A stretch of DNA of 64,000 bases from an uncultured Victivallaceae bacterium (GCA_964542255.1 CAZITV010000001.1:28860-92859), one strand, 5' to 3'; positions 1-10,134 are shown, counted from the stretch's first letter. Notes: a model not told the origin generated them from the sequence alone. Numbers and translations: made by a program.

Positions 1-903
1 CATACCGGCAAAGGCCCGGAGGGATATCAGACCGGAATGATAGCCGGACATGAGCCAGCAGGGCAAATCGTCGCGTCAGGCCCAGGTTGCCGCCGCTTTA
101 AAAATGGTGATCGGGTCATTATTTATCATATTTCCGGCTGTGGCGTCTGTAACGACTGTCGCCGCGGTTATATGATTAGTTGTACCAGTGACCAATATCG
201 CCGTGCCTACGGCTGGCAGCGCAACGGCGGCATGGCGCCATATATTTTGGCAGAGGAAAAAGACCTTGTCGCATTGCCGGATACCCTGAGCTATGCCGAT
301 GGCGCACAAGTAGCCTGTGGTTTCGGTACTGTTTATGAAGCTATCGAAAAGGTTGGGGTCAGTGGCAACGATGCTGTTCTGGTGGTCGGGCTTGGTCCAG
401 TTGGGCTTGCCGCATTGATGCTATGTAAAGCCTTAGGAGCGCAACAATTAATTGGCGCTGATATTTCACCGGAACGAGTGGCTTTGGCAAGAAAGCTTGG
501 ACTTATTGACGCGGTAGCGGCGAATGCCGATGAGGTAAAGAAACTCACCGGTGGTAACGGGGTGGAACGTGCTTTTGATTGTTCCGCCGCTGATTCGGGT
601 CGGCAGTTCGCAGTGCGAGCCACGCGCAAGTGGGGTAAAATCGCATTAGTCGGTGAAGGCAACACCATGACGGTCAATCCCAGTCCAGACATGATTCACG
701 ACCAAAAAACGGTTTACGGTAGTTGGGTAACTTCAATTTGGCTCATGGAGGAATTAGTCGAACGATTGGTACGCTGGAACATTCATCCTGCCACGCTAAT
801 TACTCATCGTATGCAACTGGAAAACGCTGCACAGGCTTACGCGTTGGCGGCAGAAGCAAAATGCGGTAAAGTGGCGGTATGTTTTGATGAGGAATTATCG
901 TAA
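1..903 (+). CDS. Zn-dependent alcohol/polyol dehydrogenase (MDR family), 5'-truncated by window edge
   Basis: Frame 1 is open from nt 1 (HTGKGPEGYQTGMIAGHEPAG). GHEPAG catalytic-Zn motif, structural-Zn Cys cluster GCGVCNDCRRG, Rossmann VVGLGPVGL. Stop at 901-903. Confidence 0.85.
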   Translation, partial: HTGKGPEGYQTGMIAGHEPAGQIVASGPGCRRFKNGDRVIIYHISGCGVCNDCRRGYMISCTSDQYRRAYGWQRNGGMAPYILAEEKDLVALPDTLSYADGAQVACGFGTVYEAIEKVGVSGNDAVLVVGLGPVGLAALMLCKALGAQQLIGADISPERVALARKLGLIDAVAANADEVKKLTGGNGVERAFDCSAADSGRQFAVRATRKWGKIALVGEGNTMTVNPSPDMIHDQKTVYGSWVTSIWLMEELVERLVRWNIHPATLITHRMQLENAAQAYALAAEAKCGKVAVCFDEELS

Positions 904-905
904 TT

Positions 906-1925
906 ATGGATAACTTAACTTCAATTAATCCGGCATCAGTGCCTTTTTTTACAACCTATACTGGCGCAAAAGTACCATCAATTGGTTTTGGCACATTTGG
1001 CAGTGACCATGTCTCGCCAACACAGATGGCTGAAGCCGTGCGGCAGGCGATAATGCTTGGCTATCGACATATTGACTGCGCTGCTGTTTACGGCAATGAG
1101 CGTGAAATCGGCGTAGTGCTGCGTGAACTTTATGCTGCCGGAGTTGTTCAGCGCGAAGAGCTTTGGCTAACCTCTAAAGTTTGGAATGACCACCACGGTG
1201 ATGGCGATGTGCTGCTTTCCTGTGCCAAAAGTCTTAAAGATTTAGGCACTGATTACTTGGATTTAATGCTGATTCATTGGCCGTTTCCAAATTTTCATCC
1301 GCCCCGCTGTACGGTCGCGAGTCGCAGTCCTGACGCAAAACCATATATCCACGATGATTTTATGCGGGTTTACCGGCAACTTGAACGTTTGGCAGATATG
1401 GGACTAACACGACATATTGGAATTTCCAACGTAACGATTCCTAAACTGAAATTAATTATACGCGATTGCCGTATTAAACCGGCCGTCAACGAAATGGAGC
1501 TGCACCCGCATTTACAACAACCTGAGCTTTTTGAATTTTCACAGCAATTGGGAATTTTGAATATTGGTTATTGCCCCCTGGGTTCACCTAACCGCCCGGA
1601 ACGTGATAAGACACCCAATGATACCGTTGATATGGACGACCAGGTTATTGTAAAAATCGCTCAAGATCATAAGGTTCACCCCGCTGCTATTTGTTTAAAA
1701 TGGGCGGTACAACGCGGCAATGCGGCAATCCCGATGTCAGCAAATCCAAAAAATATCCGTGCCAATCTGGCTGCGGTATGTTCTGACCCGCTGACTGCAG
1801 CGGAAATGTCAGCAATAAATCAAATTGATCGTCAATGCCGATTGGTCAAAGGTCACGTTTTTCTTTGGAATAGTGCCAAGGATTGGAACGACCTTTGGGA
1901 CATTGATGGCTTCATAACTCAATAA
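906..1925 (+). CDS. aldo/keto reductase
   Basis: 339-aa ORF with AKR signatures GYRHIDCAAVYGNE, LWLTSKVWN, LDLMLIHWP and a C-terminal IPMSANPKNI-type motif. Starts 2 nt after the upstream stop. Confidence 0.9.
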   Translation: MDNLTSINPASVPFFTTYTGAKVPSIGFGTFGSDHVSPTQMAEAVRQAIMLGYRHIDCAAVYGNEREIGVVLRELYAAGVVQREELWLTSKVWNDHHGDGDVLLSCAKSLKDLGTDYLDLMLIHWPFPNFHPPRCTVASRSPDAKPYIHDDFMRVYRQLERLADMGLTRHIGISNVTIPKLKLIIRDCRIKPAVNEMELHPHLQQPELFEFSQQLGILNIGYCPLGSPNRPERDKTPNDTVDMDDQVIVKIAQDHKVHPAAICLKWAVQRGNAAIPMSANPKNIRANLAAVCSDPLTAAEMSAINQIDRQCRLVKGHVFLWNSAKDWNDLWDIDGFITQ

Positions 1926-1940
1926 CTTGAAGTATTTATT

Positions 1941-2957
1941 ATGAATAGTAAACAGCGTGCTTTAGCGGCAATTAATGGTAATCCGGTTGACCGTGTTCCA
2001 GTGTTCCCTTTACTGATGTTTTTCGCACAAAGCCGGCTTGGAATCACTTATCGTGAATTCGCCACTAATGGCAACGCAATGGCAGATGCACAATTACACA
2101 TCCAAAATAAATTTAATATTGATGTGATTACCGCCTGCTCCGATGCTTTTCGCATAACCGCAGATTTAGGCGCTGAAATGGCTTTTCCAGAAGACAAACC
2201 GCCTTATGCGGTTCAGCCGCTTGTCATTACTAAGGCCGACTTTAACCGGCTTTGCCGACCTGATCCGCTCAAACGCGGCTCACGCATGGCAGACCGGGCG
2301 CTTGGTGTCAAGTCAATGGTTGACGCTATTGGAGATGAATGTCTTGTTTTAGGCTGGGTCGATATGCCGTTCGCCGAGGCTTGTTCATTGTGCGGTGTTA
2401 GCGAGTTTATGTATATGCTGATTGATAATCCGCCATTGGCGCACGCCATACTCAATTTCCTTACTGCGATTGTAATTGATTTTGCCTTGATTCAGATGGA
2501 TGCCGGTGCTCCAATGATTGGTGCTGGAGATGCTGCTGCTTCTCTTGTCGCTCCAAATCAATACCGTGATTTTGCGTTACCATACGAAAAAATGGTCGTA
2601 GATGCCATCCATCAGCGCGGCGGCAAAGTTAAACTGCATATTTGCGGCAATACCACGCATTTGGTCGGAGATATGCTCAAGTCAGGAGCTGATTTGTTTA
2701 ATGTTGACCATTTGGTGGACTTTGGTGTCGCATGCGCAACTTATGGCGGTGCTGGTAAGTGTTTTAAGGGTAACCTTGACCCGGTAGCGGATTTGATGCG
2801 CGGCACGCCGGAACAGTGCCGGGAAAAATGTTTGGAGCGGTTGCGTGTTGCTGCCGGGTTACGGTATATGCTCAGTCCCGGCTGTGAAGTCCCGGCTGAA
2901 ACCTCAGACGAAGTCTTTCACGCATTTTGCGATTCCCCAAAAAGTTTTAAAGTGTAG
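1941..2957 (+). CDS. uroporphyrinogen decarboxylase (URO-D) family protein, MtaA/CmuA-like methyltransferase type
   Basis: 338 aa. N-terminal RALAAINGNPVDRVPVFP and overall length are typical of URO-D/MtaA-family proteins. The specific substrate is not inferable. Confidence 0.7.
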   Translation: MNSKQRALAAINGNPVDRVPVFPLLMFFAQSRLGITYREFATNGNAMADAQLHIQNKFNIDVITACSDAFRITADLGAEMAFPEDKPPYAVQPLVITKADFNRLCRPDPLKRGSRMADRALGVKSMVDAIGDECLVLGWVDMPFAEACSLCGVSEFMYMLIDNPPLAHAILNFLTAIVIDFALIQMDAGAPMIGAGDAAASLVAPNQYRDFALPYEKMVVDAIHQRGGKVKLHICGNTTHLVGDMLKSGADLFNVDHLVDFGVACATYGGAGKCFKGNLDPVADLMRGTPEQCREKCLERLRVAAGLRYMLSPGCEVPAETSDEVFHAFCDSPKSFKV

Positions 2958-2990
2958 CGTTTATGAATACTGCCTTTGGCTTCTAAAATG

Positions 2991-3281
2991 TTAGTGTTTT
3001 AGTTCGTCAACTGCGTCTTTGATATCTTCTTTGGTGTCGGAGCTTTTCTCGACAGTATCATCTTTAATTTCTTTGACGTTATCGGTTGTATTGCGCACGG
3101 TTTTAACGACTTTTTCGCTGATATTGGAGGCTTTTTCTTTTATGCCTGAGAATGAGTATCCAGCTTCTTCCATTTTTGGTTTTAGCAGGAACCAGCCAAG
3201 GATTGCCAGAATTGCAATAATAAGAATAAAACATCCTAGTATTTCACCAAAAGAACTGCCGCCTTTTTTTGCATCGCCCAT
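2991..3281 (-). CDS. small membrane-anchored protein (one N-terminal TM helix, K/E/D-rich helical tail)
   Basis: 96-aa ORF with hydrophobic segment ILGCFILIIAILAILGWFLL followed by a charged tail. Same strand as the nfeD-floA genes and last in that string. No family recognised. Confidence 0.5.
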   Translation of the reverse strand: MGDAKKGGSSFGEILGCFILIIAILAILGWFLLKPKMEEAGYSFSGIKEKASNISEKVVKTVRNTTDNVKEIKDDTVEKSSDTKEDIKDAVDELKH

Positions 3282-3347
3282 ATATATTTTCCTAATGATT
3301 TGCCTATATAATTAAAAAGTTAAAGTACTTGATGTAGAAATTATTGA

Positions 3348-3806
3348 TTAATATTCAAAAGCTTTGGGTTTGCCGATAATTTCTCGAAATATGATTGCAT
3401 CGCGGGATGAATTTCTAATTTTTTCAGCGTAATTTGGATGTGCAATCATGGTGCTATCCAATTTTGGTGGAGCCGGCGGCTCAGCCGCACGAGTCGAAAA
3501 TGGCGGCAACGCTTCTGATTTTGCTGTTATCGGTTCAACCGAGTTGATTGCTGTTTTCTCCACGTTAGTGATTTCCAAAGCTGTTTCGGCGGCATAGTCA
3601 TAGACAGCTGTATAATTGGGTATCAGTGACTTTGCCGGTGTTGATTTAGTGCTCTTCACTGTAACTTTCCACCAGTCATCGTTCTCGTCTTCTGTCTGGT
3701 CTGATGGCGTTTGTGGCTGTGATGCTTTATATTTGCTATACAGGTTAGCGCCAAATCCAATCAGGATTATTGCCGCAGGAATAATGATTTCTAATAATTT
3801 ATCCAT
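3348..3806 (-). CDS. small membrane-anchored protein of unknown function
   Basis: 152-aa ORF with N-terminal TM IIIPAAIILIGFGANLY followed by a polar, Pro-rich region. Starts 20 nt downstream of the floA paralogue stop. Confidence 0.5.
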   Translation of the reverse strand: MDKLLEIIIPAAIILIGFGANLYSKYKASQPQTPSDQTEDENDDWWKVTVKSTKSTPAKSLIPNYTAVYDYAAETALEITNVEKTAINSVEPITAKSEALPPFSTRAAEPPAPPKLDSTMIAHPNYAEKIRNSSRDAIIFREIIGKPKAFEY

Positions 3807-3826
3807 AAATTACGCTTTTCGTTAAA

Positions 3827-4810
3827 CTAATTTTTGGGCTTGATGGATCTTTCCGCAGGGCTGGCGATTGCATGGCGCATTTCGGTATCTGCCATAATAT
3901 TTTTCATCTTGTAATAATCAATGATACTGAGTTTTCCGGAAGCCAGTGACTCAGCAATAGCCATTGGGATTTCGGCTTCGGCATCAACAAGTTTGGCTTG
4001 CATTTCACAAACTCTGGCGCGCATTTCTTGTTCATGTGCGACCGCCATCGCCCGGCGCTCTTCAGCTTTTGCCTGGGCAATTTCCTTGTCAGCGTTGGCT
4101 TGAGCTGTTTGGAGCTGTGCGCCGATATTGATGCCGACATCAACGTCGGCAATGTCAATTGAGAGAATTTCGAATGCGGTTCCAGAGTCTAATCCTTTTG
4201 CTAACACAACTTTAGAAATACTATCTGGTTTTTCAAGAACCTGCTTGTGGTCGTTGGCTGAACCGATTGTGGTAACGATACCCTCGCCAACACGTGCTAA
4301 AACTGTCTCTTCGCCGGCGCCGCCAACCAGGCGGTCAAGATTAGTGCGCACCGTAACTCTGGCGATAGCTTTTAATTGAATACCGTTTTTCGCCACCGCG
4401 GTAACTATCGGAGTTTCGATAACTTTTGGATTTACACTCATTTTTACCGCTTCCAGTACATTGCGTCCTGCGAGGTCAATTGCGGTAGCGCGTTGAAATG
4501 ATAATTCAATGTTTGCCTTGTCTGCTGCTACTAGTGCGAAGATAACTCGAAATACATCACCACCGGCGAGAAAATGTGCTTCAAGATCATTGGATGAGAT
4601 ATTTAATCCAGCTTTTTTGGATTGAATCATTGCATTAAGCACCATCTGCGGCGGTACCCGGCGTAACCGCATTCCCACGAGTGAAAATAAACTGATGCTG
4701 ACGCCTGAAAATATTGCAGCTATCCACAACGGAATTGGAATCACTACACTGAAGATAACTAAAAAGAATATAATTGCGATAATTGCGATAACTATTAATG
4801 CTGGTGTCAT
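3827..4810 (-). CDS. floA: flotillin-like protein FloA (YqfA/UPF0365 family), paralogue 2, full-length tail
   Basis: 327 aa. N-terminal hairpin/[10 protein letters not shown] motif, core [25 protein letters not shown]...[22 protein letters not shown], coiled-coil [14 protein letters not shown]-terminal [17 protein letters not shown]. Confidence 0.9.
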   Translation of the reverse strand: MTPALIVIAIIAIIFFLVIFSVVIPIPLWIAAIFSGVSISLFSLVGMRLRRVPPQMVLNAMIQSKKAGLNISSNDLEAHFLAGGDVFRVIFALVAADKANIELSFQRATAIDLAGRNVLEAVKMSVNPKVIETPIVTAVAKNGIQLKAIARVTVRTNLDRLVGGAGEETVLARVGEGIVTTIGSANDHKQVLEKPDSISKVVLAKGLDSGTAFEILSIDIADVDVGINIGAQLQTAQANADKEIAQAKAEERRAMAVAHEQEMRARVCEMQAKLVDAEAEIPMAIAESLASGKLSIIDYYKMKNIMADTEMRHAIASPAERSIKPKN

Positions 4811-4842
4811 ATTGCTAAACTCCTTATGTATGTGTTATAACG

Positions 4843-5736
4843 TCAAAATTTTACTTGATTGCTGCGAAATGCCTGGGCGATGGCAAGCGGTACCTGAGCT
4901 TCAACGTCAACCAGCTTTGCCTGCATTTCACAGATTTTGGCTTTCATCTCCTGTTCTTGCGATACCGCCATGGCGCGGCGTTCTTCCGCTTTGGCTTGGG
5001 CAATTTCTTTGTCGGCGTTTGCCTGGTCAGTTTGCAGTTCTGCTCCAATATTTCTGCCGATATTCACATCGGCAATATCAATGGAGAGAATTTCAAACGC
5101 GGTGCCGGAGTCTAATCCCTTGGCAAGAACAACTTTGGAAATGCTGTCGGGATTTTCGAGTACGTCTTTATGATTATTAGCGGAGCCAATAGTTGTTACA
5201 ATCCCCTCTCCAACACGTGCCAAAACAGTTTCTTCGCCTGCGCCACCCACTAGGCGTTCAATGTTGGTGCGTACTGTCACTCTGGCAATGGCAGTAACTT
5301 GAATACCATCTTTGGCAACCGCGGTTACCATCGGAGTTTCTATAACTTTGGGATTTACGCTCATTTTAACTGCTTCAAGCACATTTCTCCCGGCTAAATC
5401 AATTGCCGTCGCACGCTGTATGCTTAGATTCAAATTAGCCTTGCCAGCGACTACCAGCGCATCAACCACACGCAGCACATTGCCGCCAGCCAGATAGTGT
5501 GTTTCCAGAATATCAGCGGTGATGTCGTCAATACCGGCTTTGCGTGCTTGAATTAACGCGTCCACGATAATGGTTGGCGGTACCCGGCGCAGACGCATGC
5601 AAATCAGGGTAAAAATACTGATATGCACATTGGCAAATATTGCTGCCACCCAGTGCCGTACTGGAATAAATACTACAAATAAATAGAGTATAAAAATTGC
5701 ACTAAAAATCAATAAAACGACCAAAAACATTCCCAT
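4843..5736 (-). CDS. floA: flotillin-like protein FloA (YqfA/UPF0365 family), paralogue 1, shorter C-terminus
   Basis: 297 aa. The core is near-identical at protein level to the downstream paralogue. It ends ...AFRSNQVKF and lacks the DYY..KNI.ADT.MR tail. Confidence 0.9.
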   Translation of the reverse strand: MGMFLVVLLIFSAIFILYLFVVFIPVRHWVAAIFANVHISIFTLICMRLRRVPPTIIVDALIQARKAGIDDITADILETHYLAGGNVLRVVDALVVAGKANLNLSIQRATAIDLAGRNVLEAVKMSVNPKVIETPMVTAVAKDGIQVTAIARVTVRTNIERLVGGAGEETVLARVGEGIVTTIGSANNHKDVLENPDSISKVVLAKGLDSGTAFEILSIDIADVNIGRNIGAELQTDQANADKEIAQAKAEERRAMAVSQEQEMKAKICEMQAKLVDVEAQVPLAIAQAFRSNQVKF

Positions 5737-5805
5737 GATATTATCCTTTTTTATTTGAGTTGATATTTATGAGCTGTCATAAAATAGTTATTATTCATTT
5801 TGAAA

Positions 5806-7389
5806 CTATATTTTTCTTACTGTTATTTTTAAGCCATCAACTTTAATAACTTCAACGTTATCACCTTTTTGAATAAAATCTCCCGCAGTGACAACATCAT
5901 AAAATTCATCGTCAATAATGACTGTCCCCGCAGGACGCAGAATCGTGTGAGCAGTCCCGTTTTTATGTAATAAATCTCTTTTTGTTTCCGCGGCAATGAT
6001 GTCGCCTGGCACAACCGGTACCGGCTGCAATTTCAATCGTTCAAATAATTTTGATTTCGGCAGTATATACATAGTGAGAAAAATAATTGCAGTTATTGAC
6101 GCGGCTAAAGCGCTGCCCACGGCATAGACTGCAGTTTCAATATTTTCGGTGCCAAACGCGCCAAAAAACGAGATGACGACACAGGATATACCGAGTACCC
6201 CAACAATGCCAAAACCTGGGATAAGAAAAATTTCAAGCATTAACAGTACCAAACCAACAAAGAAAATTACCATTGGTCCCCAATCTGATGCGCCAGAGGC
6301 AACATGCCCAAGAAAAAACAGCGTTAACGCCGTTAAACCCAGCGCACCCGAGACACCGAAGTGCGGCGACTGCATCTCAATATAAAGTCCGAGTATACCC
6401 AGTACCAACAGAATTGCAGAAACTGCCGGATGGGATAGAAATGATACTAGTTGTTCTGTAGGACTTTTGATTACTGTTTCAACTTTACATTTATCCAGTC
6501 GTAATTCGCGCAGCAAATGTTCTCGGTCGCTACAGATATAATCCACAACTTTAAGTTTTTTTGCTTCAGTTGCTGAAAGTGTCAGCGGTGAAACTTTTTG
6601 GTGTTCGATTCGGTCATCCTTCTCTGTCAGTTTTTGATATGGGTCAGCCATCGCTCTGATAACACGTTCAGGCCGGTTGTTTTTCTGTGCCAAAACTTCC
6701 AATACCTTAAAGAAAACTGTCAGAAATTTTTGATTAGATAATTTTTCATCGTTGCTCTGCTCGTTGTTTTTTTCAATAGTCTTATTATTTTGCATTTCCT
6801 TGAGGATGCGCTCTAATAGCGGTGTATAACTATTGTTGTCCTCTGGTTTGTTTTTATCTTTGTTAGCGGGTGCGGTGTCTTTATTGTCCGCATTTTTTTT
6901 ATTTTTGTCGGCATCATCAGTTTTATCGGTAATCGGTTTTATTCCGTCTGGTCTAAGTTGAATCGGCATTGCATCACCGATGACACCAGCGGGATTAATG
7001 GCAATACGGTTTGCCGCCAGCGCAATAATTAGTCCAGCCGATATTCCTTGAGGATTTACAAATGCGACAGTAGGTACTTTGGCTTTAATAAGTACTGAAA
7101 CATATTTTAGTGCAACGTCAATTCTGCCGCCGGGCGTATCAAGTTCAAATATCACCGCACGCACGTTATTGTGTTCGGCTTTCTTTAATATTTTTTTCAA
7201 AAATAATAAATCTTGCTCGGAAATTTCTTTAAAATCACTGAATTGCGGCACAAAATAGACAATATCGTTTTTGCCGGTTGGTGCAAAAATATCCATCTCG
7301 TCAACCGCATATACAGACGTCACGCAAAACATAAACAATAAAATTGGGAATAACGCAACTATAAGTTTTGATTTAAGCATCCTGCTCAT
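5806..7389 (-). CDS. NfeD-family membrane-bound serine protease (ClpP class, YqeZ-like)
   Basis: Signal/TM region, ClpP/SppA-like segment VIFELDTPGGRIDVAL, multi-TM block, C-terminal NfeD OB domain GTAHTILRPAGTVIIDDEFYDVVTAGDFIQKGDNVEVIKVDG. Start moved to the ATG at 7389 (AAGGA 4-5 nt upstream); the ORF track extends to 7452. Confidence 0.85.
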   Translation of the reverse strand: MSRMLKSKLIVALFPILLFMFCVTSVYAVDEMDIFAPTGKNDIVYFVPQFSDFKEISEQDLLFLKKILKKAEHNNVRAVIFELDTPGGRIDVALKYVSVLIKAKVPTVAFVNPQGISAGLIIALAANRIAINPAGVIGDAMPIQLRPDGIKPITDKTDDADKNKKNADNKDTAPANKDKNKPEDNNSYTPLLERILKEMQNNKTIEKNNEQSNDEKLSNQKFLTVFFKVLEVLAQKNNRPERVIRAMADPYQKLTEKDDRIEHQKVSPLTLSATEAKKLKVVDYICSDREHLLRELRLDKCKVETVIKSPTEQLVSFLSHPAVSAILLVLGILGLYIEMQSPHFGVSGALGLTALTLFFLGHVASGASDWGPMVIFFVGLVLLMLEIFLIPGFGIVGVLGISCVVISFFGAFGTENIETAVYAVGSALAASITAIIFLTMYILPKSKLFERLKLQPVPVVPGDIIAAETKRDLLHKNGTAHTILRPAGTVIIDDEFYDVVTAGDFIQKGDNVEVIKVDGLKITVRKI

Positions 7390-7694
7390 TTTTCCTTGTA
7401 AAGTTGATACGGTTTTGACAAAATTGAGCCGTATAAAAATATTCAAAATCATTTTACTGTCATCGTCTATAATTTAACAAGTCAATATTTATTATCAACA
7501 AGAAATAATCAAAAAATGAAAACATTACAAATAATTATTGATAGGCAGTTGAACAAAAGAAATAACAAAAAATATCTTTGCAGCGCATATTCATAACGAC
7601 TAATTCTTTTCTTTGAATTACTGGCAAAAGGCTTTTTGTGGTGATATATTAAATACATATGAATTTCTGAAAATAATGGTCAAAAATCAGGACA

Positions 7695-9074
7695 ATGTTA
7701 ATGAACAAAACAATTTTATGTATTGGCGCCGGTTATGTAGGTGGTCCAACCATGGCGGTAATGGCGGATAATTGCCCGGATTATAAAGTTATCGTTGTAG
7801 ATAATAACCAACAACGTATCAACGCTTGGCAGTCGGACGTGCTGCCTATTTATGAGCCAGGTCTTGATGAAGTGGTTAAACGCGCCAGGGGGCGCAATTT
7901 GTTCTTTTCAACCGATGTTTACAGCGCTATTGCCGAGGCAGATATAATTTTTGTCAGCGTGAATACGCCCACAAAAACATTCGGTGCCGGTGCCGGCAAG
8001 GCTGCTGATTTACAATTCTGGGAAAAAACAGCGCGCGATATTATTGAACATTCAACAACCGATAAAATTGTTGTTGAGAAAAGCACGCTGCCGGTTAGAA
8101 CAGCGCAGGCGATGCATAGAATTCTGCAATCGAACACTAAGGGGCTAAATTTTGACGTAATTTCAAATCCGGAATTTATGGCAGAAGGTACCGCCATAAA
8201 TGACTTGCAAAATCCTGACAGAGTGTTAATCGGGTGTATGGACTCATCCAGCGGAAAGCTTGCCATGCAGCGGTTGGTGGATATTTACCGTAATTGGGTG
8301 CCGCTCGAAAAAATTAAAACTACCAGTATTTGGAGCAGCGAATTATCAAAATTAGTTTCCAACGCGATGCTGGCGCAGCGTATATCTTCAGTGAACAGCA
8401 TTTCCGCGTTGTGCGAAAAAACTGATGCCAATATTTTGGAAGTATCTTCAGCAATGGGAATGGACTCGCGTATTGGCTCAAAATTTCTACGGGCAGGGGT
8501 AGGCTTTGGTGGTTCGTGTTTCAAAAAAGATATTTTAAATTTGGTCTATTTATGTGAATTTTATGGTTTGCCTGAAGTTGCTGCATATTGGCATCAGGTC
8601 GTCATGATGAACGATTACCAGGAGAAACGTTTTGTTGACCGAATCTCGCAAAAAATGTTTAACACCATTGCAGGTAAAAAAATTGCGGTGTTTGGGTTCT
8701 CTTTTAAAGCTGATACCGGCGATACTCGCGAATCTCCAGCTATCTATATCTGTAAAATGTTACTAGAAGAGCATGCTGAATTGGCAATCCATGATCCACA
8801 GGCCTTGGAAAACGCCGCCATCGATCTCGCCGACGTGCATGGCAAAGTATCATACCATGTTGACCCGGTTGAAGCCGCCAAAGGCGCACACGCTATTGCC
8901 GTATTGACAGAGTGGAAAGAATTCATTAATTATGATTTTCATAAAATTTATGAGGTAATGGAAAAACCTGCATTTATATTTGATGGACGTAATATTTTGA
9001 AACATAAAGAGTTGTATGATATTGGTTTCAATGTCTATCCGTTGGGGCAACCTGAGCAGTCACACCTGATTTGA
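7695..9074 (+). CDS. ugd: UDP-glucose 6-dehydrogenase
   Basis: 459 aa. Motifs IGAGYVGGPT, EKSTLPV, NPEFMAEGTA, GFGGSCFKKD (catalytic Cys), FGFSFKADTGDTRESPA. Confidence 0.92.
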   Translation: MLMNKTILCIGAGYVGGPTMAVMADNCPDYKVIVVDNNQQRINAWQSDVLPIYEPGLDEVVKRARGRNLFFSTDVYSAIAEADIIFVSVNTPTKTFGAGAGKAADLQFWEKTARDIIEHSTTDKIVVEKSTLPVRTAQAMHRILQSNTKGLNFDVISNPEFMAEGTAINDLQNPDRVLIGCMDSSSGKLAMQRLVDIYRNWVPLEKIKTTSIWSSELSKLVSNAMLAQRISSVNSISALCEKTDANILEVSSAMGMDSRIGSKFLRAGVGFGGSCFKKDILNLVYLCEFYGLPEVAAYWHQVVMMNDYQEKRFVDRISQKMFNTIAGKKIAVFGFSFKADTGDTRESPAIYICKMLLEEHAELAIHDPQALENAAIDLADVHGKVSYHVDPVEAAKGAHAIAVLTEWKEFINYDFHKIYEVMEKPAFIFDGRNILKHKELYDIGFNVYPLGQPEQSHLI

Positions 9075-9138
9075 CAGCTAAATATTGAGCGATCAATATT
9101 CGTTAAAGCATTCAAAACTAATTTAAACAAATGCTTAA

Positions 9139-10134
9139 TTATGGTCGTTTTACTGGTTTGAGCACTGGCTGTTTCTGTTTTCCTCGGACTAATGCACTAG
9201 GGTCGTCGTTGAGATAATTAACCAATTCGTTCAGTGAATCAATAGTTTGGTCAATTTTGTTGATTGTGGTCTGCAATGATTGTTTAACTTCATTAACTGA
9301 GTCAGCGGCATTGCGGAAAGATTTAGACGTTTCTGGAATTTGAGCGTTTTGTAAATCTTTTCTGGCATCAGTTGCCAGTGCGTTGATGGTTTTTAGATTG
9401 CTGTTAAGTCCATCAACAATTTCCCTCAGCTTATTTTCGGTAAAAACATTACTGATGCTGGATGTACTTTTCTCGAGATTATCGCTCATTTTTTCCATTT
9501 TTTCAATGGTGTTTTTGAGTTTTGGGTCGTCGAGCAAACGTTGCATTGATTTAAGCGTTTCAGTCATTTCATCAGAAATTTTATCAAAAGGCACACGCGA
9601 AATTTTTTCCAGCGATGTATTGATTAATTTGAGGATATCCTTGAACATTGATGGTTGTGCAGGAACATAGAAGTGGGTTTTTGAAATATTATTTGGTTCA
9701 GTGATAATATTACTGGCATTATCAATATAATAATCCAATTCAATATACTTGAGTCCAGTAATGCCGGCATATTCCAAGCGGCAGCGTAGCCCTTTGCTGC
9801 GTTCTTTTTTAAAAAAATCATAAAATTGATCTAGTGCTTTTGTCATTGGCATATTACTTTCTCCAGTAAATGCTTTTAATTCAATATCCATATCAACGCG
9901 AATAAGGTTTTCATTAATCGCAATTGAAATATCGGAAACTGAGCCTATTGGAACTCCTTTATATTTTACCTGTGTGCCAACAGCAATTCCCTGAACCGAT
10001 TCTTGAAATAAAGTAACAAAACGTGCCTTTTTCTCAAACACATCAGAAAGACCAAAGACAAAAATAACCGCGAAAAAAAGTGTTACAGCAGCGATTACAA
10101 ACATACCAAGACGAAATTTATTGGCTTCAATCAT
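9139..10134 (-). CDS. MlaD/MCE-family substrate-binding protein with long helical C-terminus
   Basis: N-terminal TM, MCE domain (GIAVGTQVKYKGVPIGSVSDI), about 150-aa coiled-coil-like tail. Immediately downstream of the ABC ATPase and permease genes. Confidence 0.8.
   Translation of the reverse strand: MIEANKFRLGMFVIAAVTLFFAVIFVFGLSDVFEKKARFVTLFQESVQGIAVGTQVKYKGVPIGSVSDISIAINENLIRVDMDIELKAFTGESNMPMTKALDQFYDFFKKERSKGLRCRLEYAGITGLKYIELDYYIDNASNIITEPNNISKTHFYVPAQPSMFKDILKLINTSLEKISRVPFDKISDEMTETLKSMQRLLDDPKLKNTIEKMEKMSDNLEKSTSSISNVFTENKLREIVDGLNSNLKTINALATDARKDLQNAQIPETSKSFRNAADSVNEVKQSLQTTINKIDQTIDSLNELVNYLNDDPSALVRGKQKQPVLKPVKRP

Noticed and set aside
333-692. 119-aa minus-strand ORF, and a 77-aa ORF at 76-309, inside the alcohol dehydrogenase gene
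   Set aside because: They lie antisense within a CDS that has clear MDR motifs. Their composition (Ala/Pro/Ser/Thr-rich) is typical of reverse-frame translation of a GC-richer gene.
3019-3315. 98-aa plus-strand ORF overlapping the 96-aa minus-strand ORF
   Set aside because: The two are mutually exclusive. The minus-strand product has a clean N-terminal TM helix and continues the nfeD-floA operon direction, whereas the plus-strand product has no start context or partner genes.
4695-5180. 161-aa plus-strand ORF spanning the floA-floA junction, with similar antisense ORFs at 3921-4103, 4128-4379, 4855-5115 and 4937-5173
   Set aside because: They are antisense to two strongly supported FloA genes. 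Such ORFs arise because of the Ala/Glu-rich coiled-coil coding sequence.
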